Positions 1 through 9,806 of a stretch of 32,000 bases of DNA are shown piece after piece. The position numbers and the translations under genes are program-made. Source of the stretch: Candidatus Saccharimonadota bacterium (GTDB lineage: Bacteria > Patescibacteriota > Patescibacteriia > 2-12-FULL-60-25); assembly GCA_022843095.1 (NCBI GenBank), contig JALHOH010000002.1:210001-242000 (forward strand), read 5' to 3'. Every line of letters begins with the position of its first letter. The stretch's first letter is position 1. Below the pieces are notes generated by a model that worked only from the letters and a program-made list of their open reading frames with translations, did not search any database and had not been told where the DNA came from.

Positions 1-2349
1 GTCTGGCGCAAGATGAGGCTTCACCTTCATCGTCATTTCTACTTCTTTCACCTTTCCAGCATTTCCTTCCGTCTTCGCCTCATCGTAGGAAGCGGCGAGG
101 TTCTTCTTCTGATCCTCAATCATGACACCCGTCTGCGCGACAGACTTTCGTGACGCATTCTCTTTTTCAACAGAACGAGATTCTGCATCTGCCACATTCT
201 TCATCGTCACAGAAACGTCCGCTTGAGCCCTCTCGGGTGAACCCGCGTTCTTCCCCAAAGCCGCCTTAAACGCCACCTTATATTCCCGATCTGCGTTCGC
301 ATACAACGCCTTGGCATCGTCTTGCGTGATCTGGCCCGACTTCACACGAGAATCAATGTCTTTCTTTGCCTGCTCGTAGGTCGCCTTTGCGGCTTCCGCT
401 GTTTTCGCGCCACTACCAGCCTTGTTTGCAACCGGATTATTTGACACCTCTTGCACACTACCCGGTGCTGCTGGGGCAAGAGAGGCTTCCACCTGTTTGC
501 GAATATCTGCCGCATTTGTGACAGCCGCCGCTTTCGTCGCCTCTCGTTCCTTGGAGGCACCATCTAACTTCTGCAACCGCTCCACTTCCAGCTGCTTTTT
601 CTCTGATTCAAGCGCGGTACCCGCTACCTTCCCATCATATTCCTTATTGATCGCGCGGACGTCCTGGGCATACTTCGCATCCGCCTGCTCTTCCACGTAT
701 TTGCGATCAGCGCGGTTCTGCGTCATCGCCCCGACCTTCTCTGCGGCATATGCACCCGGCTTCTTGGCAATTTCCAACGCCTTCGCACCAACCGCCTGCT
801 TCGTTTCTGTCCATTTCGCCTCCTCTTCCGCCATTCGCTGCTTAAAATCAATCCCCTTTTCTTTTAGCATTGCATCAATCTTTTCCTTTGCACGTAATTC
901 TTCAGGCTTATCACCCAATGATTTGCGATAACGGTACAAGGCCTCCGGATCATTCTTTAATCCGCGAGCATTTGCCAAATAATCCTTGGTGCGATCTGCG
1001 ATGCGCGCCTGTTCCGCCCCCGCCATCTTCGCAAGCGTGCCGCCGGCGATGGAACGGACACCCGGCACAGCAAGCCCCGCCTTCCCAACCGCCGCTGTCG
1101 CCTTGGTTGTCAACCCGTACCGCTGATTCACCAAACCGGCGCCACGCTGGACGCCACGTCCTGCCAAAGCCGCTGCGCCAAGAGCAACGCCACCCGCAAC
1201 CGCACCTACCTGCAACCCACGCTTTGGAAGGCTCTGCAACAACCCATTCACACGGTCAAAACCCGGCAACGCCCCCGCCGTCTTGCCGGCCGCCTGAAGC
1301 CCCATCCACATCATCGCGATCGAGACGATAAACGTGGTGATCGTATCCACATTGCCAAGCTGAGAGGCAAACGCATCAAATCCTGAGGTAGAAGGGCTGG
1401 TCATGAGACCCGTCGCTTCTCCCAATCGACCACCGTTTGCCGCAGATGCACGCTGAATCGTGGCGAGCGTAATATACAAGAAGAATGCCATCACCGGACC
1501 GCTTACCAAATACCCGCTATAGTTTCGCCAAAAATCGCTCGTAAACGCACTGACCGCATCCTGCAACTTCCCAGGAAGTGCGGTTGCAAAAAAAGCGACT
1601 GGAGAAAAAATCATGAGCATCCACAACCCCAAAATGCGCACAAGCACAAATGCGATCATGGCGAGCACCGTCATGATCATGATCCCAATACACACGATCG
1701 CCAGCAAAATCGTAATGAAAAGTTTCATTTGATCCACACTCGCCTGCGCTGCCGCTTCTGACCCCGGTCGAAACTGCATGGCACCGTTTAATCCGAACCC
1801 ATTCACGAAGTTTCCCGCCGCCGCATCCTTGAATGCGTTCACAAAGGTGAGCATCACCACCTGCGAAAAATCGATGCCTAACGCCAAAATAGTACGACTG
1901 AAGTTAATAAGAACCGCCATGAGCAATAGTTTTGGCAGGACGCGGGTGTAATGGAACTCGTCACGATACCCAATGATGGTGGCAAATGCCGAAACAAGCA
2001 GCACGATGATAAAAAACATGTTGACCACGTCGCGGACGACCGTCCATCCGATTTCAACCGGAAACGCACTTCGGAATCCATTGTATTGCGCGAACTGGAT
2101 AAAGATATCCAACAAGAACAACAAAATAGATCCCAAGAACTTCACGATGTGCAACAGGTAATAGTTGATACACCCGATCGCATTAAAACTCCGCAATTCG
2201 CAGGCAGGATCTGTGGATTGGGCATACGCAAGCACGGGAAATGCAAGTCCGATAACAAGCAGTGCAAGCAGGGATCGACGATGCGTAAACGCCCACGCAG
2301 AAAGAGCGCTTGCAACACGTAGAAAATGCGCGCGTAAAGATGCGAACAT
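1..2349 (-). CDS. Large secreted/polytopic membrane protein (at least 783 aa; its C-terminus lies beyond the left window edge) with a signal peptide, multiple hydrophobic helices and a long Lys/Ala/Glu-rich coiled-coil tail; possibly TrbL/VirB6-like
   Basis: The ORF is absent from the supplied track because it runs off the window edge. I scanned plus-strand triplets 1-3, 4-6 and onward and found no tta/cta/tca up to the tta at 2377-2379. The first ATG is at 2349 (MFASLRAHFLRVASALSAWAFTHRRSLLALLVIGLAFPVLAYAQS...). Hydrophobic segments include VVNMFFIIVLLVSAFATII and LFITILLAIVCIGIMIMTVLAMIAFVLV. The tail is rich in A/K/E heptad-like sequence. The family label is pattern-level only. Confidence 0.75.
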   Translation of the reverse strand, partial: MFASLRAHFLRVASALSAWAFTHRRSLLALLVIGLAFPVLAYAQSTDPACELRSFNAIGCINYYLLHIVKFLGSILLFLLDIFIQFAQYNGFRSAFPVEIGWTVVRDVVNMFFIIVLLVSAFATIIGYRDEFHYTRVLPKLLLMAVLINFSRTILALGIDFSQVVMLTFVNAFKDAAAGNFVNGFGLNGAMQFRPGSEAAAQASVDQMKLFITILLAIVCIGIMIMTVLAMIAFVLVRILGLWMLMIFSPVAFFATALPGKLQDAVSAFTSDFWRNYSGYLVSGPVMAFFLYITLATIQRASAANGGRLGEATGLMTSPSTSGFDAFASQLGNVDTITTFIVSIAMMWMGLQAAGKTAGALPGFDRVNGLLQSLPKRGLQVGAVAGGVALGAAALAGRGVQRGAGLVNQRYGLTTKATAAVGKAGLAVPGVRSIAGGTLAKMAGAEQARIADRTKDYLANARGLKNDPEALYRYRKSLGDKPEELRAKEKIDAMLKEKGIDFKQRMAEEEAKWTETKQAVGAKALEIAKKPGAYAAEKVGAMTQNRADRKYVEEQADAKYAQDVRAINKEYDGKVAGTALESEKKQLEVERLQKLDGASKEREATKAAAVTNAADIRKQVEASLAPAAPGSVQEVSNNPVANKAGSGAKTAEAAKATYEQAKKDIDSRVKSGQITQDDAKALYANADREYKVAFKAALGKNAGSPERAQADVSVTMKNVADAESRSVEKENASRKSVAQTGVMIEDQKKNLAASYDEAKTEGNAGKVKEVEMTMKVKPHLAPD

Positions 2350-2421
2350 ACAGGTCTCACGGGTAGCATACCACAATTACTCGACGCTGTGCATGAGACA
2401 AAAGCGATACTTCTCCACACG

Positions 2422-2450
2422 TTGCGAAAAGGAACGGACGCTGGTACCCT
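2422..2450 (+). promoter_or_regulatory. Putative sigma70-type promoter of the LCP gene
   Basis: TTGCGA (2422-2427), a 17-nt spacer, then TGg-TACCCT (2445-2450). The ATG is 12 nt downstream. Confidence 0.4.
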
Positions 2451-2462
2451 AAAACTATCCTC

Positions 2463-3962
2463 ATGCTCGGGAAACCTGATTCCAATCCGACCGATCTGAC
2501 GGCAAATTTCTTGCCTTCCGATCCTGGCACGAGCGCCTCCCGCCAAACCTACGTCATGGCGGGCATTTTTGCCGTGGTTGTCGCGATCGCGGCCACGCTT
2601 GGCGCCGGGGCAAGCTATCGCGCCGTGACACACGGGACAAACGTTTTCTCCGAGGTTGGGAATCTTCCGATCATCTCCGATATTCGCCGGGCCGTGCTCC
2701 CTTCCGCGGGCGAGGAAGGAACCTCCCCTATCGCGAAAGATGACAAACTGAAGATTCTCTTCCTTGGGATTGGTGGCGATGGACACGAAGGATCTCAACT
2801 CACGGATACCATCATCCTGACCTCCATCGATTTCAAAGAAAAAAAGGCCGGCATGTTATCGCTTCCACGCGATCTCGCCTATCCACTTGGTGGGGGCCGA
2901 TTTGAAAAAATCAATTCCATCAACGCGTACGCCGAACTGGAACATCCAGGAGAAGGCGCCGTGCGAACGGGGCAAGCCATCTCAAAACTGCTGGATGTAG
3001 AAATCGATCACGTGGTGCGCGTGGATTTTCGTGGATTCTCAGAATTCGTGGATGCGATCGGTGGCATCGACGTCACGGTGGAACGCTCCTTTACGGATCC
3101 GCAATATCCGACCTACGACGACAAGTGGACCACCGTCAGCTTTAAAAAAGGGGTGCAGCACATGGATGGCAAAACAGCCTTGACGTTCGCGCGTTCCCGC
3201 CACGGAAACAACGGCGAGGGATCTGATTTCGCGCGAAGCAAGCGACAGCAGCTCGTGATCATGGCTATTCGCGAAAAACTCCTTTCCTTGAACACGTTGG
3301 GAAATCCAAAAAAATTGGCGGCACTGTACGCAACCGTGAGTCGAAATATCCAAACCGATCTCAGTATCTGGGATTTGGTGGAGCTCGCAAATAAGGCGAA
3401 GGACTTCTCCAAAGACCAGGTCACGACCCGCGTCTTAACGGATGCGCAAAACGGCGAACTCGTGCCATCGACCGTGAACGGGGCATTCATGCTATTCCCC
3501 CGAAAGCCCGATTGGTCCGCCATTCGCGCCATCGCGCAAAACCCTTACCAAACAGCAGAGCAAGAAGTCGCCGCCGCACGACCTGTCGAAACCATCAAAA
3601 TCGAGATCAAAAACGGGACGTCACGCACCGGTTTTGCCTCACAAGCTGCTGCAAAACTCGAAAAAATGGGGTACGAAATCACCGCATTTGGGAATGCGGG
3701 CAAAAAAGGATATGAACGAAGCGTCATCTTTGATTTGACGAATGGCAAAAAGCGTGCGGAACTGTTGAAACTCAAAAACGTGCTAGATGCGGAAATTTCC
3801 CTGTCAGCCCCGGTCCCCGGCGACGCGGAAACGACGAAAATCGTGTACGGCAATGATTTGACACCGGAACGAATTCTTTCGTTTTCCAGTGATTTCTTAG
3901 TGATATTAGGAGATGGAACTGCCGCTTTCTTGGAACAGCAGACAGCGCAGGCCACTCCGTAA
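2463..3962 (+). CDS. LytR-CpsA-Psr (LCP) family cell-envelope polymer transferase with a C-terminal LytR_C-like module
   Basis: An N-terminal TM helix (MAGIFAVVVAIAATLGAGA) is followed by the LCP core LKILFLGIGGDGHEGSQLTDTIILTSID...LSLPRDL...VDFRGF..VDAIGGIDV. The C-terminal module reads IKIEIKNGTSRTGFASQAAAKLEKMGYEI. An alternative start is ATG 2556. Confidence 0.85.
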   Translation: MLGKPDSNPTDLTANFLPSDPGTSASRQTYVMAGIFAVVVAIAATLGAGASYRAVTHGTNVFSEVGNLPIISDIRRAVLPSAGEEGTSPIAKDDKLKILFLGIGGDGHEGSQLTDTIILTSIDFKEKKAGMLSLPRDLAYPLGGGRFEKINSINAYAELEHPGEGAVRTGQAISKLLDVEIDHVVRVDFRGFSEFVDAIGGIDVTVERSFTDPQYPTYDDKWTTVSFKKGVQHMDGKTALTFARSRHGNNGEGSDFARSKRQQLVIMAIREKLLSLNTLGNPKKLAALYATVSRNIQTDLSIWDLVELANKAKDFSKDQVTTRVLTDAQNGELVPSTVNGAFMLFPRKPDWSAIRAIAQNPYQTAEQEVAAARPVETIKIEIKNGTSRTGFASQAAAKLEKMGYEITAFGNAGKKGYERSVIFDLTNGKKRAELLKLKNVLDAEISLSAPVPGDAETTKIVYGNDLTPERILSFSSDFLVILGDGTAAFLEQQTAQATP

Positions 3963-3966
3963 ACGT

Positions 3967-5430
3967 ATGCCCATCCGCCGAACCACCTCCCTTCCGATCG
4001 TTGCCCTGGCCGGACGCACCAATGTAGGCAAAAGCACACTCTGGAACCGCCTCACCTCGGAATCCAATGCGCTTGTGAGTGATGAACCGCACACCACGCG
4101 CGATCGCAACTACGGCCTCGTCACTTGGCGTGGTCAGTCCTTTTATTTGGTAGATACCGGTGGGATGGACGTCGAAAAAGACTTTATCGGTGAACAAATC
4201 AAGGCCCAAGCTGAACGCGCCGTCGCAGAGGCGGATCTGGTGCTTTTTGTTGTCGATGCCCAAACGGGGGTCGGAACCGAAGACCGCCGCATCGCAAAAA
4301 TCGTGCGGTCCTTAAACAACAAACTGTGGCTGGTTGCAAACAAGGTGGACAAATCCGGACTCCTGTCCGAAGCCTTTGCCCCAGAATTATTTCAGCTTGG
4401 CCTCGGAGAAGCGCATGCCGTCAGCGCCGCGACAAGCCTTGGCATCGGCGATTTATTGGATGCCATCGTGGCAGAACTGTCACGCCTTGGCGTTCCGGCG
4501 CACCAGGCAGAAGAGAAAACCGCGCTCCGACTCTCCTTTATTGGACGTCCGAATGTGGGGAAGTCTTCGTTAGTCAACGCGATCTTGGGAGAACCGCGCG
4601 TCATCGTCTCCCCCATTGCCCACACGACCCGCGAACCGCAGGACACCGAACTGCGCTACAAGGATCAAAACATCATTCTCGTAGACACGGCAGGGATGCG
4701 CAAAAAATCCCACATCAAAACTCGGCTGGAAGAACAGGGCATTCAACGCAACCTCGACGCCATCGAAGCGTCGGATGTCGCTTTTCTCGTGTTTGATGCA
4801 ACCGAAGATCCCACAAACCAAGATCGCCACCTCGCCGGATTGCTGGAGGGGCGCAGCAAGGGGTTGATCCTCGTGGCCAACAAATGGGATTTGGTGGAAC
4901 AAAAAACCACGGCTTCGACAAAAGAATATGAAGGGTTGATTCGTCAGCTCTTCCCGTTCTTGGACTGGGCGCCGATGATTTTTACGAGCGCCGTCACCGG
5001 ACAGCGTGCGACCAAGTTGCTGGACATGGCCTTGACGGCAGAGGCAGAACGCCATCGCCACATCGACTACAACGCCTTAAACCGCTTGCTCAAAACCTGC
5101 ATCAAGGCCAAGCGACCGATCGCCGAATACGGACCCAAGTCTCCCCGCATTTACGATGTGGCTCAAATCGGAGACGCACCTCCGGAATTCCTGGTGACCG
5201 TGCTTGGAGAAAAGGAAGGGATCCATCCAAGCTGGCTTCGGTTCTTTGAACGACGTCTCCGGGAAAAATTCGGCTTCATCGGAACACCGATCGTGGTCAA
5301 GATGCGCAACGTCCCGGTTGCCAAATCCACGCGCAAACGCAACGTGCACGGACCAGGGATGGTCGCGGTTGCCGGGGCGATTAAGGAAAACCGCACAGTC
5401 AACCAAACGCGTCGCCGACAAAAAACATAA
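3967..5430 (+). CDS. der: Ribosome-associated GTPase Der/EngA (tandem GTPase domains)
   Basis: Two G domains are present: GRTNVGKST...DTGG...NKVD and GRPNVGKSS...DTAG...NKWD. A KH-like C-terminal domain carries a basic tail. I moved the start to ATG 3967 (MPIRRTTSLPIVALAG), 4 nt after the LCP stop. The track ORF start at 3913 overlaps the LCP gene. Confidence 0.95.
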   Translation: MPIRRTTSLPIVALAGRTNVGKSTLWNRLTSESNALVSDEPHTTRDRNYGLVTWRGQSFYLVDTGGMDVEKDFIGEQIKAQAERAVAEADLVLFVVDAQTGVGTEDRRIAKIVRSLNNKLWLVANKVDKSGLLSEAFAPELFQLGLGEAHAVSAATSLGIGDLLDAIVAELSRLGVPAHQAEEKTALRLSFIGRPNVGKSSLVNAILGEPRVIVSPIAHTTREPQDTELRYKDQNIILVDTAGMRKKSHIKTRLEEQGIQRNLDAIEASDVAFLVFDATEDPTNQDRHLAGLLEGRSKGLILVANKWDLVEQKTTASTKEYEGLIRQLFPFLDWAPMIFTSAVTGQRATKLLDMALTAEAERHRHIDYNALNRLLKTCIKAKRPIAEYGPKSPRIYDVAQIGDAPPEFLVTVLGEKEGIHPSWLRFFERRLREKFGFIGTPIVVKMRNVPVAKSTRKRNVHGPGMVAVAGAIKENRTVNQTRRRQKT

Positions 5431-5433
5431 GGT

Positions 5434-6015
5434 ATGAAGTTGCTCGTTGGACTCGGAAATCCGGGGCGTGAATACGCGACGACTCGCCACAACATCGGAT
5501 GGCGTGCGTTGGATACGCTCCTTGCGGATCAAGCGTCTGCATTTGCGACCCGGGCGGACTTTCAAGCGGACATCGCCGAGTGGCGTGCGGGGGGCGAAAA
5601 AATCCTCCTCGCGAAGCCGCTGACCTATATGAACCGATCGGGCGAGGCCGTTCAACGGATTGTCGGATTCTACAAAATCCCACACGAGCACATCCTAATC
5701 GTCCACGATGAACTGGACTTTCCCCTGGGACGACTGGCGTTTCTCGCCGAAGGACGGCCAGGAGGACACAACGGTGTTGCATCCATCCAAGAACGACTAG
5801 GTACCACCGCTATCCCTCGCCTACGCATCGGCATTGGACGCCCGCAGGATCAACGTCCCGTCGATGTCCACGTCTTATCCTCGTTTACGCCAGAAGAAGA
5901 ACGGACAGCGCAGGAAATCCTGAAACGCGCAGCAAACGCCATCCGTGACTGGGTTGCCGTCGGGACGACAAACGCGATGAACCAATGGAATAAGAAAGAA
6001 ACAATCGGCCCTTGA
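5434..6015 (+). CDS. pth: Peptidyl-tRNA hydrolase
   Basis: The hallmark N-terminus MKLLVGLGNPGREYATTRHNIGW and the motif VHDELD are present. The length (193 aa) fits. The gene starts 3 nt after the der stop. Confidence 0.95.
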   Translation: MKLLVGLGNPGREYATTRHNIGWRALDTLLADQASAFATRADFQADIAEWRAGGEKILLAKPLTYMNRSGEAVQRIVGFYKIPHEHILIVHDELDFPLGRLAFLAEGRPGGHNGVASIQERLGTTAIPRLRIGIGRPQDQRPVDVHVLSSFTPEEERTAQEILKRAANAIRDWVAVGTTNAMNQWNKKETIGP

Positions 6016-6032
6016 CGGGTCGATTGTTTTTT
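6002..6032 (+). terminator. Rho-independent terminator after pth
   Basis: The stem is CAATCGGCCC / GGGTCGATTG with one mismatch. The loop TTGAC contains the pth stop codon. A T6 run follows. Confidence 0.6.
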
Positions 6033-6047
6033 GGAACGTGGTGAAGT

Positions 6048-7142
6048 ATGCCCCAGGATCACCGTACGACGCGCATCGCCATGCTCGCTGCGCCCGGTTT
6101 TACCAACCGCGAACGCCGCCATCTCCGTCGGGCGGTTCAAGGCGCGTGGGACGAGGCGTGGTCTATGCCTCCCTCTTTGCTAATGCAACGCGGATGTACC
6201 GAAACGCTTTGTCGGCATCTTGAAGCGTGGAAAACGCGCCTGGGTCATCCGGAGGCATTCCACGATCAACTGAGGCGAGCAGAGATCACCCCCCTCCTTC
6301 CAGAAGACGTCGCGTATCCGCTCGCGTTCCTGCACATGCCTGATGCGCCAGAACTCCTGTTTCTACGAGGATCACTTCCCCCGCACCCCTGCCTTTCCAT
6401 CGTCGGGACGCGACGGATGACCTCCTATGGCGTCCGTGTGCTACAAGAGCTCCTTCCACCTGCGATCGCACACGGATTTGGCATTATCTCCGGACTTGCG
6501 CTCGGAATCGATGGAACCGCACATCGCATCACGCTCGACCATCACGGATACACCCTTGGCATTCTGGGGACAGGAATCGAGAACGCCTCGATCTATCCTC
6601 GTAGCCACCTGTCACTCACGACTCGAATTCTTGCAGAAGGTGGTGGTCTCCTATCGGAATTTCCTCCAGGCACAGAAGGGCTCCCCCATCACTTTCCGCT
6701 GCGTAACCGCCTCATCGCCGCTGCCGGGATGGCGACTGTCGTGATCGAAGCAGACGTCGATTCCGGCTCGCTCATCACCGCGCGCGCGGCGCTCGATCTT
6801 GGAAAAGATGTGTTTGCCGTTCCCGGCTCTATCTTCTCTTCGGCGTCACAAGGAACGCATGCATTGCTCTCACAAGGAGCCCATCCATGCGTCTCGGTCG
6901 CGGCGCTCATCGACGCGATCGCGCTGGATCGCCCTGTCCTCGCCGATGCCGTTGCCATGACCCTCCCGGACGATCCATTTGCGCGGGCGATCCTGGAAAC
7001 CCTCACCGAACCGCTCACGACTGATACCTTAGCCGAGCGGCTGGATCGCCCCGTTCCGGACGTTCTTGCTGCCCTCGCCCTACTTGAACTCGATAGTCGC
7101 GTCGCCTCTCCAGATCGACTGACCTGGATCCGCCTGCGTTGA
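6048..7142 (+). CDS. dprA: DNA-processing protein DprA/Smf
   Basis: The DprA Rossmann core reads LSIVGTRRMTSYG...GIISGLALGIDGTAHRITL...ATVVIEADVDSGSLITA. The dprA-topA arrangement matches a common synteny. Confidence 0.9.
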   Translation: MPQDHRTTRIAMLAAPGFTNRERRHLRRAVQGAWDEAWSMPPSLLMQRGCTETLCRHLEAWKTRLGHPEAFHDQLRRAEITPLLPEDVAYPLAFLHMPDAPELLFLRGSLPPHPCLSIVGTRRMTSYGVRVLQELLPPAIAHGFGIISGLALGIDGTAHRITLDHHGYTLGILGTGIENASIYPRSHLSLTTRILAEGGGLLSEFPPGTEGLPHHFPLRNRLIAAAGMATVVIEADVDSGSLITARAALDLGKDVFAVPGSIFSSASQGTHALLSQGAHPCVSVAALIDAIALDRPVLADAVAMTLPDDPFARAILETLTEPLTTDTLAERLDRPVPDVLAALALLELDSRVASPDRLTWIRLR

Positions 7143-7222
7143 CGACCTTTCAAATCCCGTGGTATTGCCAGTCCCGTTGTGACGCCCCACGTCCTGGCGT
7201 GATAGTATCCAACCGATCTCCT

Positions 7223-9775
7223 ATGCATCTCGTCATCGTCGAGTCCCCCACCAAAGCGAAGACCATTCGCAAATTTTTGGGCAACGATTATACCGTTGTT
7301 GCCTCCATGGGGCATGTCCGCGATCTGCCAGAAACGGCGGCCGACATTCCTGCTGAATACAAAAAAACCACGGCAGGCCAGCTTGGTGTTGATGTGGATC
7401 ATGATTTTCAGCCGATCTACGTCGTTTCCAAGAACAAAACCAAGGTCGTGACCGAGCTCAAAAAACTCATCAAAGACGCAGAAGACGTGTACCTGGCGAC
7501 GGATGAAGACCGTGAAGGAGAAAGCATCAGCTGGCACCTGTTGCAATTACTGAAACCAAAAATCCCGGTCAAACGCATGGTGTTCCACGAAATCACCAAA
7601 GGCGCGATCGAACAGGCACTCGCGCATCCCCGCGATATCGACGAACGACTGGTGCGCGCTCAAGAAACACGTCGCGTATTGGACCGGTTGGTTGGGTATC
7701 TCATTTCACCTATTTTGTGGAAAAAAATCGCCTATGGATTGTCCGCCGGACGCGTCCAATCCGCGGCGCTCAAATCCATCGTCGATCGAGAACGTGCACG
7801 CATGGCGTTCCGCCAGGCAGCCTATTGGGATGTCCGCGCCGAGGTCCAAAAAGGACCGGACGCCTTTGAAGCACGCTTAATTGAGACAGGGGGAAACACA
7901 GTCGCCACCGGAAAAGATTTTGATGAACAAACCGGCGCTCTAAAAGAAGGGACGCACCGCATCGTCGTGGATGAGGCGCGGGCGAAATCCATTGCGGAAG
8001 CGGTCAAAACACACCCGTGGACCGTTTCGGATGTGCAAGAACGTCCGGTGACGCGTCGCCCAAGCCCGCCGTTCATCACCTCTACGTTCCAGCAGGAAGC
8101 AAACCGAAAGCTTGGATTGTCCTCTAAAGAAGCGATGCGTGCCGCACAATCGTTGTACGAAAAAGGGTTTATCACCTACATGCGTACCGATTCCGTGTCA
8201 CTCTCACAGGACGCCATCGCCGGAGCACGTCGATTTATTGGACGATATTTTGGCGAATCCTACGTTCCTGCATCCCCACGGTACTACGAATCTAAGTCCA
8301 AGGGGGCGCAAGAAGCGCACGAAGCGATCCGTCCAAGTTTGAACTTTACCCCACCGGATGAAACCGGACTCGCCGGCGCAGAAAAAGACGTCTACGAGCT
8401 GATCTGGATGCGCACGCTCGCAAGCCAAATGCCGGATAGCAAAGGATTGCAGGTGACGGCAAAACTTCGCACCGGATCCCACCTCTTCCAGGCAAATGGC
8501 ATGACTATTTTGGAACCTGGATTTTTGCGCGCCTATCAAGAGGCAAGCGACGAATCTGATGCCGTCGCCGAAAAAGAACGCCCGCTTCCAGCGCTTGCGG
8601 TACACGAGACGGTCATCTGCAACACCGCCGAGCCGCAGAACCACGAAACCAAGCCACCCGCACGATTCACCGAAGCCGGGTTGATTCAATTCATGGAAAA
8701 AGAAGGGATCGGCCGTCCAAGTACCTACGCAACCGTTATCTCGACCTTGCTTGATCGCGGATACGTCCGAAAACAAAGCAGCGCATTGGTTCCAACCTTC
8801 ACCGGATTTGCGGTCGCGCAATTCATGGAACGACACTTCGCGAAATTCGTTGACGTCGGATTTACTTCCACCATGGAAGCGTCGCTGGATGCCATCGCGG
8901 ATGGCTCAAAACTATGGCTCCCCTATCTGCGTGAGCTGTATGACGGACCAGAGGGGTTGGCCGCGCAGGTCAAAGAAAAGACGGCAAGCGCAGACGCAGA
9001 AGAGGCGCGCACCGTCATCGTCCCCACGGCGCCAAACGTTCCTGTGCGCATTGGTCGTTTTGGTCCGTACTTCGAAACCATCCATCCGCGCAGCGGTACC
9101 GAGGCAAAAGGCTCCGTTCCCGAAGAAATTGCACCAGCGGATTTTACCACCGACACCGTTCACAAATTACTCGAAAAGGTGAACCAAGGCCCGACAACAC
9201 TGGGTGATGATCCAAAAACGGGACTCCCCATCTTCCTAAAAACCGGAGCATTCGGTCCGTATCTTCAGCTCGGAGAAGACCCAACCGACCCAAAGCAAAA
9301 ACCAAAACGCGTCAGCATCCCCAAAGAAATCCCGCTCACCGAACTCGATTCCGCAAAGGCAATCGCGCTCGTCAGCCTTCCCCGGACACTTGGAACACAT
9401 CCCGAAACCGGCGAGTCGATCACCGCAGGACTTGGACGGTTTGGCCCGTATGTGAAACATGGCAGCGACTTCCGTTCGCTCAAAAAAGAAGACAATATAT
9501 TCACCATCGAACTTCCACGCGCACTTGAACTCCTTGCCATGCCAAAAGGCGGGCGTGGCGGCAAACAACTTCGTACGATCGGCGATCATCCGGACGACGG
9601 AAAACCGATCACGCTGCATGAAGGGAAATTCGGCGTGTACGTGAAACACGGCAAGACGAATGCCACCCTTCAAAAAGGGATGGACCCGGCGACGCTCACC
9701 TTGGAGCAGGCGACGGCACTCCTTGCAGAAAAAAAGACGACCAAACGCGCAAAAACAACTCGACGGAAAGCATAA
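7223..9775 (+). CDS. topA: DNA topoisomerase I (type IA) with a zinc-less C-terminal repeat domain
   Basis: TOPRIM elements MHLVIVESPTKAKTIRKFLG and DEDREGE are present, and the active-site region reads GFITYMRTDS. Four C-terminal repeats of the GRFGPY type follow (RIGRFGPYFE, KTGAFGPYLQ, GLGRFGPYVKHG, HEGKFGVYVKHG). No CxxC zinc fingers are present and the tail is Lys-rich. I set the start at ATG 7223. The track start at 7139 is a TTG that overlaps dprA. Confidence 0.95.
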   Translation: MHLVIVESPTKAKTIRKFLGNDYTVVASMGHVRDLPETAADIPAEYKKTTAGQLGVDVDHDFQPIYVVSKNKTKVVTELKKLIKDAEDVYLATDEDREGESISWHLLQLLKPKIPVKRMVFHEITKGAIEQALAHPRDIDERLVRAQETRRVLDRLVGYLISPILWKKIAYGLSAGRVQSAALKSIVDRERARMAFRQAAYWDVRAEVQKGPDAFEARLIETGGNTVATGKDFDEQTGALKEGTHRIVVDEARAKSIAEAVKTHPWTVSDVQERPVTRRPSPPFITSTFQQEANRKLGLSSKEAMRAAQSLYEKGFITYMRTDSVSLSQDAIAGARRFIGRYFGESYVPASPRYYESKSKGAQEAHEAIRPSLNFTPPDETGLAGAEKDVYELIWMRTLASQMPDSKGLQVTAKLRTGSHLFQANGMTILEPGFLRAYQEASDESDAVAEKERPLPALAVHETVICNTAEPQNHETKPPARFTEAGLIQFMEKEGIGRPSTYATVISTLLDRGYVRKQSSALVPTFTGFAVAQFMERHFAKFVDVGFTSTMEASLDAIADGSKLWLPYLRELYDGPEGLAAQVKEKTASADAEEARTVIVPTAPNVPVRIGRFGPYFETIHPRSGTEAKGSVPEEIAPADFTTDTVHKLLEKVNQGPTTLGDDPKTGLPIFLKTGAFGPYLQLGEDPTDPKQKPKRVSIPKEIPLTELDSAKAIALVSLPRTLGTHPETGESITAGLGRFGPYVKHGSDFRSLKKEDNIFTIELPRALELLAMPKGGRGGKQLRTIGDHPDDGKPITLHEGKFGVYVKHGKTNATLQKGMDPATLTLEQATALLAEKKTTKRAKTTRRKA

Positions 9776-9777
9776 CC

Positions 9778-9805
9778 AGAAACGCCCCACGAATGGGGCG
9801 TTTCT
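9778..9805. terminator. Bidirectional hairpin terminator between convergent topA and the 752-aa gene
   Basis: AGAAACGCCCC - acgaat - GGGGCGTTTCT forms a perfect 11-bp stem. It fills the 31-bp gap between the two stop codons. Confidence 0.6.
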
Positions 9806-9806
9806 G

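Noticed and set aside
2142-2798. A 218-aa minus-strand ORF spanning the divergent promoter region at 2350-2462
   Set aside because: It overlaps the 5' ends of both the large membrane-protein gene (in a different frame) and the LCP gene (antisense). It has no motifs.
6689-7546. A 285-aa minus-strand ORF across the dprA/topA junction
   Set aside because: It is antisense to two confidently identified genes. It is low-complexity and Arg/Ser-rich.
9445-9655. parS-like half sites (GTGAAACA) at about 9451 and 9640
   Set aside because: Only half of the 16-bp palindrome TGTTTCACGTGAAACA is present. Both copies simply encode the repeated YVKHG peptide of the TopA C-terminal repeats.
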